A DNA stretch of 63,510 nucleotides, counting the filler, from Choristocarpus tenellus KU-1152 (lineage: Eukaryota; Protista; Phaeophyceae): NCBI GenBank assembly GCA_964200185.2. It is 11 parts of 11 records of this genome, joined end to end, with 100 filler letters (N's around TTAATTAATTAA, not from the genome) between each part and the next. Parts side by side here need not be neighbours in the genome. Positions count along the whole stretch, not along the records: positions 53,213 to 56,082 come from CAXNAD020024067.1; positions 56,183 to 63,510 come from CAXNAD020006326.1; 9 more parts are not named here. The stretch is one strand, 5' to 3'. This document shows, one piece after another, positions 53,113 through 63,510 of this stretch. Both the position numbers and the translations under genes were made by a program. Below the pieces are notes generated by a model, which was not told the origin of the DNA, did no database searches, and saw only the letters and a list, made by a program, of their open reading frames with translations. Each line of letters starts with the position of its first letter. Position 1 is the first letter of the stretch.

Positions 53113-54318
53113 NNNNNNNNNNNNNNNNNNNNNNNNNNNNNNNNNNNNNNNNNNNNTTAATTAATTAANNNNNNNNNNNNNNNNNNNNNNNNNNNNNNNN
53201 NNNNNNNNNNNNGTGCATTGGGGGGGGCGGGGGGGTAAGGGATAGGAAGACAGAGGTGAAGAGGCAGAACTCATCCCCCTGTTCAACATACCAACAGGTA
53301 TGGAGGACATTCTGCAAACTGTGTATATATTTGTAGTTTGTGTTCTTGGTGATGGAGATGCACATATGCAAGCATGTTCCACCAACATGCAAAACAAAAA
53401 AAATAAAATAGATTAAAGAGATGTTAAGGCACGTGTCATTTCACTGAGGGTTGCAGAATATTGAAAATGTCTCTCACAGACGCAAAGGATTTTTGTTTCG
53501 ATTTTTTGTTCCATATTATTCAAATTTGCCTCAGAAAACAACAGTCGTAGTACGTTCTCCAAGGAGAACACAACATCCCCAAGAGGGCGTTGGCAGTACG
53601 CGGAAAAATATCAACGATTCCATCGCATTCTGCACTCCACAAGGGTACCCACCCCACATACATAAAAAATTATACATCCAAGCTTTGTGTTATGCACCTT
53701 GTATGCCAACCAATGCATACATGTATATATATATATAAATGTTCGAAAAACTATCAACACAAGAAGTACTAGGTACGTTGTTCAAATAACAATAGCTTGG
53801 GAAAACTCTGGAGCAACGGGGGATCATAATGACTAAATAATAATAAAATAGTCAAGAAGTCTAAACCTATTAAATCTAGGACATCATCTTTCGAGTAGAT
53901 TCTTTGAAAGGTACAGAACTCAGGGCTAGTGTACATACAAAATACCGTAAGTGTAGGTTCCTACAGCAGCAAGGTATTTCCATATAATCTACTCTGGAAG
54001 CATACAAGGCAAACCACTACTGTGAGCAGCACTCTCAGAACAAGAGCAACATTAACAATTCGTATATTGTTCATCCTGAACTCACAGTATTGGAATATAC
54101 AGTAAAAACGCTTGGGACATGGAATGCATCCACAATTTCATCACCTCTCCCTTTCCCTTTCCCTCAAACAAGCACACACTCACGAATACCTTGCCACTCA
54201 GTGAGGAGAGGTCGACTGAGGCGGCCAGCAAAATCACAACCAATCCTGGAAGAGAGGTGGTTCTCTTTCCCTGACACACAAAATTCGCTTATGGATTCAA
54301 ATAACTATAAGTTGAACC

Positions 54319-55062
54319 TTACGTTCCGCATCTACAACACCGCCCGAAAAGGTGATGCCACAAGGCTGCCGCCCCTCGCAGCACCTTTCCGAGAAAGAAC
54401 CTCGCCGATGCGAGTGGACCATTTGAGATAGAAGCATTGATCGAGATCTCTTGCCCCTTCTTGGTCAGAGAAGAGTTAACTGGGCCCCTGGATCCGAGGA
54501 CTGCACAACTCATTTTTCTCAGTGATGCTCCTAGCGCTATCCACAAGCGGTTGCCCCACCAGTTTCTTCGTGGGGTGTCCTTACCACCGTTGTCTTCAGA
54601 TGCTTGAAGAGGCGAATTACCATTGCTGGACTCCCCTATAAAGTCAACAGGTTCCCGGGAAGTCCCTTGATCGTCAACATGAATAATCTCGCCGTGGTGC
54701 CGGAGCATTTCTGCTCTTCTATTATTTTCTAGAATAAGATCCAGTTCTTCCTCGCTGTAAAGTGGCGCTCGTATAATGCAGCCTGCAAACGCACCTTGGT
54801 GAATACAATACCCATCAAGGAACCTTGATGATGAGAAGGTATTATCATAAATTTCATCCGTCTCTGTCTGGGGAAACATCCGCTGCTTCCTCTCTTTCTC
54901 CCTTCGCTCCTTTCGAGTGATAGCCGGATGTATCCGGAACATGCGGTCTGATGGGCTGAGTTCAATTCTACCGATCTTTCCTATTCCTCCACCTCTAGCT
55001 GTGCTAATTCCTATCTCGGTTGCAGGAGGGGAAGAGGTCAACAAGCAATTGGTTGTGGGCAA
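54319..55062 (-). CDS. Hypothetical protein or large exon (up to 247 aa open)
   Basis: Long stop-free frame in non-repetitive sequence with protein-like composition. No family was recognised. The first ATG is internal (MFRIHP). Confidence 0.45.
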   Translation of the reverse strand: MPTTNCLLTSSPPATEIGISTARGGGIGKIGRIELSPSDRMFRIHPAITRKERREKERKQRMFPQTETDEIYDNTFSSSRFLDGYCIHQGAFAGCIIRAPLYSEEELDLILENNRRAEMLRHHGEIIHVDDQGTSREPVDFIGESSNGNSPLQASEDNGGKDTPRRNWWGNRLWIALGASLRKMSCAVLGSRGPVNSSLTKKGQEISINASISNGPLASARFFLGKVLRGAAALWHHLFGRCCRCGT

Positions 55063-55424
55063 GAAGCGATGGTTGATCGAGTGGGTTGGTCACAGTTAAG
55101 AGAATTGAGATCAGGTCTACAGATACGTTCACATTAAACCAACTGTGCGGGATCGAGAAGCAACCCTGAGTACAGATCCCACCACCGTCATTACATGGGC
55201 TGCGCAGAGTCCGTGTAGAAGGTTTAAATATATGTAAGATTGAGGGTGGTTCATGCGAAAGACGACTTAAATACACGTGAAGTTGAGGATGGTTCATTGT
55301 ATGTAGAGGAGTAGAGGTGTATTTATGTATGTTGGAACCAAACCACCTACGCATGTGAGGACACGGTGTTTTATTAGAATCTTAATGTCCTCAATATTGA
55401 AACGGCAAATCAGGTATTATTGCA

Positions 55425-55580
55425 CTTGTTCGATTTTGGTGGATGGGTTGTGACAAGAGTGCTGAACGCCAACAACTAAGGAAGGAGATTGATCGGCAAA
55501 TCAGAAGATGGTTCTTGTTCGATTTAGTGGGTGGGTTGTGACAAGAGTGCTAAATGCCGACAACTAAGAAGGGGATTGAT
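55425..55580. repeat. Direct repeat, ~68-bp units about 89 bp apart
   Basis: cttgttcgattt.gtgg.tgggttgtgacaagagtgct...caactaag occurs twice. Confidence 0.85.
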
Positions 55581-55799
55581 GATGTTAATGCAAGAAACAA
55601 GTCACGATACTTGCGCGATGCCAGATCACCAAAGAGGGGAGTGAATCAACCAGAATAAAGGCACAACGAACACATGAAGGGATACTACCCCAACGTGTTC
55701 TCCTGCATTATATCATTAATCAAGTCTCACCTCCCATACCAAGGCCATGATACCCCGAACTGATGCCTTGTCCACAGCGTTCACTCATACGACCCCTAT

Positions 55800-55810
55800 C
55801 TCTGATACCA
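55800..55810 (-). mobile_element. LTR-retrotransposon primer-binding site (tRNA-iMet type)
   Basis: The minus strand reads TGGTATCAGAG, the classic iMet PBS. The putative LTR would be 55811-56026, but its canonical CA end is absent. Confidence 0.45.
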
Positions 55811-57129
55811 CGTTCTAATCGGAGATGCGCCATGAGGGGTATTGACTACTCGAAGTAGAAATAAGAAATAGCGTTTCTGTAACTTCTCCGCGCTATATCC
55901 ACAGCGTAGGTAGGAACGTTGAACGAGGAAGCGCGAGTCCTGGTCACAGAAGGTTCCTTTTTCAGAGAAATATCATCACAAAGAGCGTTTGCAGAAACAA
56001 ACAAGTCATAATAAGACGGCAGGAGAGGCTCAAAGTATCTGGGAGGGGGTGGCGGCTGTCCATTTGGGATCAATTTTTTCATNNNNNNNNNNNNNNNNNN
56101 NNNNNNNNNNNNNNNNNNNNNNNNNNTTAATTAATTAANNNNNNNNNNNNNNNNNNNNNNNNNNNNNNNNNNNNNNNNNNNNGGGGGGGCACGACCAGGA
56201 AGAAACATGACTAGGCCCTACGTGAATGCAGGCAGCTTGAGTGAGTGTTCGTAGATCCCCTGATGTCATCTCAGTATCTCGCCCAGCTAGACTGGGGCAA
56301 CCAAATCAAACGTAGATAGTTGGTTTTGAAGATGTGCCTTTGAACACTCTTGCTTGTCACGATGTCGCCTGATTGACTTGGTCCCCTGCTGTATCTTGTT
56401 CACAGGTATCTGCCCTTGAGTTTGGTGGGGACTTTCAGTTTACTTAGCCAGGAAAGGAAGTGTTTGTGCACTCCGGTGTCGGTGTCAACATCTGGAAAAG
56501 AGTAGCAAGCCAGGCGGCACCCTCTGTTGTGTAACTCCCCCATCATGGCACTACTCCTTTTGAAGCAACAGCTTTACGATAGACATGGGCTCAAGAATTT
56601 CTGCTACAGGGTCTCGACACCAAGACGATGATGGATCATGTTGATTGGTCATGTACATAAGTGGAATAGGATGGGCGTTCTCAATCTAACAGGAGAGTGC
56701 ATCCACCTCCTCCTGCACCCCCAAGCATCTCAGTTTCCTGCCATTGCGAATAGATACTCGAGAGCTAATATAGAGCACGCCCTTTGGGGGCATCAACAAT
56801 ACTACTCTTTTCAGTACTAGTTTTAATTTCAACCTTGGTTTTTTCTAGGGTGTTTCCTCTTGGCTTCGTCCCGTGTTTTTGGAAGTAGAGCTCAAGACAT
56901 GCATGCTGTGGAGCAAGAGGTGCTATTTATATACGACCTCGTCTACTTGTGAAGGTAGTTCCAGATGTCTGGCACTGAGGATTGTAGGGTCTTTCAAAGT
57001 GTCTTACGACATCACCAATAGGTGATGAACCTTTAGGCCCTTGAATATGTGACATGCGTGAGCAGGATGGCATATGGTTGGAAGGCGTAATTCCGTACGG
57101 TTTTTGACCAGTCTAAAAACGATTGATTA

Positions 57130-57570
57130 GTTCAGAGGTTTGCCACAGCAGTCTTGTGCAGAGTCAGCTCCATATCAGCTATGCAATGAACTCCACGCTC
57201 CCTTCCAAGGCACACCAATAACTCTACACACGATTCACATATTTTCTAGTGCTGGGGCCCTCCATCTACATTTATGCACTTGCTCCTCATATCAGCTAGG
57301 TTGTGTGTATAGGATGTGAAATCTCCAAAGTCTTCCATCAGAAGGATGAGTACACTGCCTAGCACCCCAACTGATACAAGCAAGAAATTTACTTAATCAA
57401 GGGTGGTTGCAAAACCAATTGTGACCCCCTGCCATCTTTGGGCACATTCCAATTCGAAAGACACATACGCTCACACAGTTTCCTTCAATTGGACAAGTGG
57501 GAGCTAGGACTCACAACCGTAAGGCCACTGTTTGCTCTCAAGTGTACTGCATTGAAATATTGATACCTGA
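57130..57570 (-). repeat. Dispersed ~440-bp repeat, copy 1 (possible non-LTR relic)
   Basis: Co-linear with 59322-59755 (ccacagcagtcttgtgcagag, attttctagtgc, ctccatctacat, tataggatgtgaa). Confidence 0.8.
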
Positions 57571-58379
57571 GCAACACCGACCTTCATGAAATGTTCTGAT
57601 GATTTTACGTGTATGAGATAAAACTCCTCCAGCATCCATTGAGCTCGCAGTTGCCATCAGACTTTGGCCACTAATGTGTGAAAGGTCTTCATCATCTGGG
57701 GAAGTCCTCTTGAGCCGATAACCTGCATGTGAAGCTGGGAAATGAAGGCTTTGTGGTTGTAATTAAACCAGCTCAGATGATTTCGACACATGCCAGTTTG
57801 ATCTTTGGCACACATGGGAAATGACACCTTGCCATGTGAGGCAAAAAGGTCCCCTGGGTGATCAGAAACCCTGCCTGAGCGAGAAAATGTAAAGACTTTT
57901 CACTCATTTATGTCCTCTTCCTCCACTGTCAGAGAAGCATCTTCCCCTGCAATGTCTGAGACTGGCTATTGCCCCCATGTTTTTTTTTTGAAAGACAGAA
58001 GAAAAGATGCCCGAGGGGTTGTGAAGAGGGACTTGTTGCGATTAAAAAAAGAAACATTTAAAAGAATAATTGTTAGATGGCCACCGACTTCCTCGATACG
58101 TCTTCAGAGGAGACAGTTTACATTCAAGAGACCACACAAAAGGAACACGACAGCAGTATGGTCTGTCTTGTTGCACGCATCAGTACAGCAAATATTTTTT
58201 TTAAAGAGATGAGATTATTGTTCTGTAAGATACACTGCGGAGTGTACATGATATACATGGCAGATAGGACATTTGAAATAAAAAAGAAAAAGAAACGAAA
58301 AATTGTAGAGGCATATTACAGGCGTAATAATGCTGCACTCCTTTTCTGCAACCCTAACCCTAACCCACATGTCCACACC

Positions 58380-59120
58380 CAGTGACCTCTGTTTGCTTGC
58401 TCTCCTTCAATTCCCCACTCTGTATCCTGCGCCTCTGGACTGCTTTACTGTGTGCTTCAACAAACACACACATCCCTCCGTCTCCTTCCACAACCTCGAG
58501 CTTCTCGGCATTCTTCACATACATGCCCCCATGCACCCACCCCGAGTCTGATGCTTGAAAAGGAAGGCGTGAAGTTAGTTGGATACTGTCTGGGTCCGAT
58601 CTCTCTTTCTGTAAACATACTCCCAGGTGACACGAGGATGTTCCCTCCAAGTCTGCCTGTGAAGTACCCAACGGCCAAAACACCGCAGACAGTTCTTGCT
58701 GAAGCGTGGAAAGGATGAAGCCCCCTCTCGGAACCACCCAAGCAGGCCATTGAAGACCATTCTCTCATCACTCACGCAAAGGCTTGTCATCATCTCATCA
58801 TCTTGGGGGAGTAACCTTCCAGTCGACCTGATTGCTCCATGCGCTCTCTCCTCATGACAAGGACCTCCCCTCCATTGGACAAAGCAGCAACATTCACGTA
58901 CAGGCAAGCGTGCGCTCTACGCTGTACCATGCTACCTGCATCTAGCATGTCCTGCCTTGGACGCTCATGTCATTGCATGTCCCTTGCTCCCATCCTTCAC
59001 TTGGTCTCCATCATCACCACCATCCTTACGCAGGGGAACACATACCCAGCAGATTGATCACCAAGGAATCCAGACCCCAAAAGTCTCCACAGGCATCACT
59101 AAGATTTGTAGATATGGATG
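58380..59120 (-). pseudogene. Frameshifted BTB-BACK-like relic
   Basis: Successive frames give RRAHACLYVNVAALSNGGEVLVM, then DDEMMTSLCVSDERMVFNGLLGW (BACK consensus D.L.V..E..VF....W), then LSAVFWPL (cf. LL..VRFPL). Frameshifts and stops intervene. Confidence 0.4.
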
Positions 59121-59321
59121 GAAATAGGCGATACTGTGATAGGTGATGGGAGGCTCTTTGCTGTGCTTTTGGCGATGCTCAGTACACAGAATTGAAAAAA
59201 AAAAAAAAAAAATCTCAATATCTCAACCAAACTTTGCACACTCACTTTACCAAAAAATTGATTTGACCAATTTTAGACAGTTCACCAGAGGAGAAAAAAA
59301 CAATTAATTACGAACAATTAT

Positions 59322-59755
59322 TTCAGATCTTAACCACAGCAGTCTTGTGCAGAGGTAGCTCTCTATCAACAATGAATGAATGTCACGCTCCCTGCCAAGA
59401 CATGCCAAGAACACTACACATGGAGCACACATTTTCTAGTGCCGGGTTCCTCCATCTACATCCATGCACGTTGCTTATTTTATCAGCTGAGGTGTATGTA
59501 TAGGATGTGAAGTATCCAGAGTTTTCCATCTAAGGGATGAGTATACCACCTGGTGCCCCAACTGATAAAAGCAGGGATTTACTCCAATAAGGACATGTGC
59601 AAACCACTTGTATAACCCGAAGTAAGCTCTGAACATGTTTCAGTACACAATCTATACACACACAAAATCCTTCAAATCAATGAGTGGGAGATAGGGCTCA
59701 CAACCAGAAGGCCGCTGTTATCTCTGGAGTTTAACGAATTCAAATACCGTGTCGT
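59322..59755 (-). repeat. Dispersed ~440-bp repeat, copy 2, abutting the HMGCL stop
   Basis: Co-linear with 57130-57570. Confidence 0.8.
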
Positions 59756-59763
59756 GTGAAGTA

Positions 59764-62700
59764 TCATCTTGGGGAGGCATTTTGTGTCAATAGTGCACAC
59801 GCAGCCCTGGACTGTGGCAACCTTCCCAACGTCTCACTGATGTACACTGACGCATCTAGGAGCAGGTCAAGGTCAATCCCTGTCTCCACTCCCATCCCAT
59901 GCAGCATGTACACCAGGTCTTCTGTAGCCAGGTTTCCACTGGCCCCCTTTGCGTAGGGACAACCTCCAAGGCCAGAGACAGATGCATCGATGACAGTTAC
60001 ACCCTATTATCTCGTGGTGGCAGTGGCAGGGGAGGCGTACAGGGGGTGAAAGACATGTGACAATCACATTGAGACTTGATATCCTACACTTGATGCCCCC
60101 AAAAAGTTGTTTGATCATGTTCCTATGGTGTGGACATGGACATTGATAATCTACTTCTAGACAACTGGGAGAGATGAATGTAACACTGGGGAGGAGCTCC
60201 TTGGTGGGGACTGCCAATGTACATGGGCAAAGTGCCATAACAGGCAATTGGGTGCACACCTCAGTCACTTTGAGTAGCTAAGCACAGGGGGAACTTGGAG
60301 GGGATAGCCTTTTGGTTTGTCAGGACAAGCACTAGATCATTCAAAATTGAGCTCGACCTCCAAAGTTGTATGTAGCACACCACATCTCAGACAACTCAAG
60401 GTCATAGAAATATGCATGGCAGAGCAACACCCGGGCTACAAGGGCAATGCAGAGCAAATGATCAGGATCGATGTGAAGGACAGCAGGCTTTATGGACCAA
60501 ACTGGATCAGGAGTTGGTCGCACAAGAGATGTTACAGAGTAAGGGGCCCTGAGTGCTGTTATGGACAAAGGACACTTTAGAGCGAATGGGTCTGGGAGTT
60601 TGCTATACAGCAGGCGTTATAGAGCAAATGTGCTAGAGAATTTATGCTACAGAGGACACTAGGAGCAAAAACATAAATATACCTCTACAATATTTACTTC
60701 TTCAGCCAAATATCATCTACCTATCACTTTCTCTGCTTCAAACATCACACTACTGTGTGGAAGAGCAAGAATTTGGAAATGACTATAAACCATGCAAATG
60801 AAACCAAATGCTATTCTGGGAAAATGGATGCTATACAGCAAATGGAATCAAGCATATGTCGGATAAGAGTCAACATAGACAAGAGGGTACCAAACATTGC
60901 TCCGAGAGTGGACGCTTTGTGCAACCCTTTGTTTTGCACAACCCTTGTACTTCAAAATACGCTACATAGCAAAACAGTCTGAGGGTGCATAGGATAAAGT
61001 TTGGTACTACCCCGAATATTACCAAACACTCTAAGGCAAGGTTAGCGCAAAGAGTTACATTGCCCAAGGTGGGCACTATATCATGTGCTGTGCGAGTTAA
61101 GGTATAGCAGGCATAGGTGTCCTGGAGATTGCCACTCCATCGCCCTGTACCACAGACTATCAAAGTGCATGTGTACCTGGTGCCACAACCACAATGAAGA
61201 TAACAGGTTTTCAATAAAAGCAGGAAAGACACAATTATTTTAGTTTTATCAATCTCAAAACGCGTCTCACCTTGCAAAAGCACCTCACAGCATCTAGCAT
61301 CCTATAAACTGAACAACTGTGACAAAACAATTTACAACCATACCCAGGCAGCTAGCTAGTCACGGACTATTGTTAACAAAGCTGTCCTCAGCACATAGAA
61401 TGGCAAGCTCAAGTGTGGAAATAGGAACTTCAGTTCCAGCACAGGAGTTTTTGTTGGGCCAAGGGTTGACTTATCAATAGATGTGGCATGCAAACATGAC
61501 GCGCACCTCCTGCAGGGCAATCAGCACATTGGCCAACGCCTGCCCATAAGTGTCATGAAAGTGAACAGCCATGTGATGTGGTGCGACTCCCCCTTCCCAC
61601 ATAGTTTGTAAGAGGGTCTGGGTGCTCCCTGCATTTCCTACCCCAATTGTATCCCCCAAGGACACCTCATAACAGCCCATTTCAAGCAGAGCTTGTGCAA
61701 CCTGTATGGTGCAGTAACAGTGTCATTGACGAAAAAGATGCACTAGGGGAGACACCAATACCAGGTGCTGAAGGAAAGTCATCTTGAAGTGTTGCTGGTG
61801 ATCACTTTAACAGAAAATGTTCCGTTAGGGCTTGGTACTTTGACCAAGCAAACACTTGCTCCTGCAAGAGTCCTCCCAGTGATTGAAATATGTATCGTTC
61901 ATGTGAGTACTGGCAGAACCCAGCTCAACCCTTTAGGGGTAACACACAGACAAGTAGTCATTATAACAGAGTGTGAACCGGATCTCCAAATACTTATCAC
62001 AAATGCTAGCTTCTATTCAGGAGAACCAGGGAGAAGTGCCAAACGCAAGTCGGAGAGCTGTTACACACAGCTCATAAGATCTACTATTTTACCACTCTAT
62101 GGTTGGTTAGAAGATTGTGGTCACCAACCTTCAAGACGTCTGCAGGCGGTACCTTTCCCTGGTATGGGCAGCCCAGTACGCATGAAACATAGCCCCTAAC
62201 TGGCACACCTACTGATTCGGCGGCCTTGCACACTGGTCGGAACCTTGCTATGCCTTCAGCAATGGAGCAGTTGGTGTTGGCCTGACTAAATGATTCAGAT
62301 GCAGCTCCAAAGACCGCCACCTGAGGAGAAGACGAAACGGCTCGTCTCAACGCAGCTAATGGTATATCCTCTTATTGGGGAATACATTCATGCATTACGT
62401 GGGCATTCATCGCTTGCATTGTGACACCTCGTGTTCATATCACTACAATACAGTCGATGGACCAGCCTTGGAAATGGAGTCGCCTTGGCATGAAGTCGGA
62501 GCCTACCTACCTCGCTTGCACTAGCTTCCAGCGCTGCCTCCAGGCCTTTCATGTTGGGCGTGAGGGCTACGTAACTTACGCCCTGCTGGCGCTGTATGCC
62601 TTGCATGACCTCCTTGCCATCTGCCATTTGCTGGACCCACTTTGGACTCACAAACGACGCCGTTTCGATAGCACAGAGCCCAGCTTTTGTCAGCCGGTCA

Positions 62701-63135
62701 ACAAGTCCAACCTATGCCAAGATTCGAAGGGTTTCAACGGTAGGAGAAAGCTGGTGAGGTCAGATAAAGTCTGGACAGGTGACAGGACTACAAATTCCGC
62801 ACCATAAGTAATATCAAGGGTAACGACCAATTAAGCATAACTACAGTGTCTTTCTCCGCACGAAGTGGGGTGCTTCTCTGAGGCCACGGATCTTCTTTCA
62901 TTGGGAGGAGGTTGAGAGATGGAAAGGATATCACCTTGACAGAAGTTTGAACCGTTGCAGGTTCATTCTGGAGTCCATCACGAGGTCCCACTTCAACCAC
63001 CTTAACTCGATCAGGCCAGATTCTGTTGGACAGATGCCGCACAGAGGGTTCGCGAAGAGTAAGGTTTGGTACACCATATCGAACCCCACAGAACATAGGC
63101 CCGGTCATTCGGCATCCCCAATGTGGAACCAGCAT
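59764..63135 (-). CDS. HMGCL: Hydroxymethylglutaryl-CoA lyase, 5 exons, ~342 aa, probable mitochondrial presequence
   Basis: Exons are 63135-62935 ([12 protein letters not shown]), 62711-62511 ([17 protein letters not shown]), 62320-62129 ([21 protein letters not shown]), 61701-61507 ([25 protein letters not shown]) and 60003-59764 ([22 protein letters not shown]). All four introns are GT-AG and phase 0. The start codon choice is less certain. Confidence 0.96.
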
Positions 63136-63510
63136 GTTGCTGGTTGGCCTTCAAGTACATAGGGAGAAGTCAGCGTTTTGTTTAACATAAATACACAATT
63201 TCGCGCGGTAGGACCATCGTCATATCGTCATATCAATACGAAGAAAATGTCAGAGGGCATAATAATAAATATAGCCTCTGCGAAGATGCCAACCATCCTT
63301 TCACATGCCCTCAATGCATAACACACTTACCCATCCCCACACTCTTCAATTGCACCTACAACACCCTAACCAGCCAAAGACCACTCATAACCCGCCTAAA
63401 TAATACCACTGCATCCCAAATCCACCTCTTTTCTCCACACAATATTCCAGGCCAAAACTCACACCCCACCCACCCCAACCCACAGGCTGGAGCACCCCCT
63501 ACCCCTACAC

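Noticed and set aside
1-63510. Metabolic gene cluster (GT47, transketolase, HMGCL)
   Set aside because: The genes lie on separate contigs joined artificially, so adjacency carries no information.

Overview
This is not one continuous locus. It is 11 short draft-assembly contigs joined by artificial 100-bp spacers (N44-TTAATTAATTAA-N44). The DNA is eukaryotic, intron-rich and full of decayed transposons. The retroelement and ParB-like peptides resemble my recollection of brown-algal/ochrophyte sequences, so a stramenopile source is a tentative inference. Host genes I could splice by eye: a complete 6-exon exostosin/GT47 glycosyltransferase (minus, 6102-10549), five internal exons of transketolase (plus, 40968-47034), a complete 5-exon HMG-CoA lyase (minus, 59764-63135), two exons of a C2-domain protein and a probable IQ-motif exon. 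The rest is mainly two related MITE families sharing GRGTCAAAGTATCT-like termini, IS630/Tc1-type transposase relics, Copia gag/integrase/PBS relics, CRE-type non-LTR 3' ends, and mini- and microsatellites. I found no CRISPR, rRNA, tRNA or Fanzor/TnpB, and no complete new system is demonstrable from the sequence alone. The best leads are (1) a GC-rich orphan ParB/Srx-like ORF, (2) a degenerate tandem array whose units spell a (F/L)xYADD-like motif, and (3) ~200-nt, mostly phase-0 exons with AG|GT at both intron ends, suggestive of nucleosome-guided intron gain.
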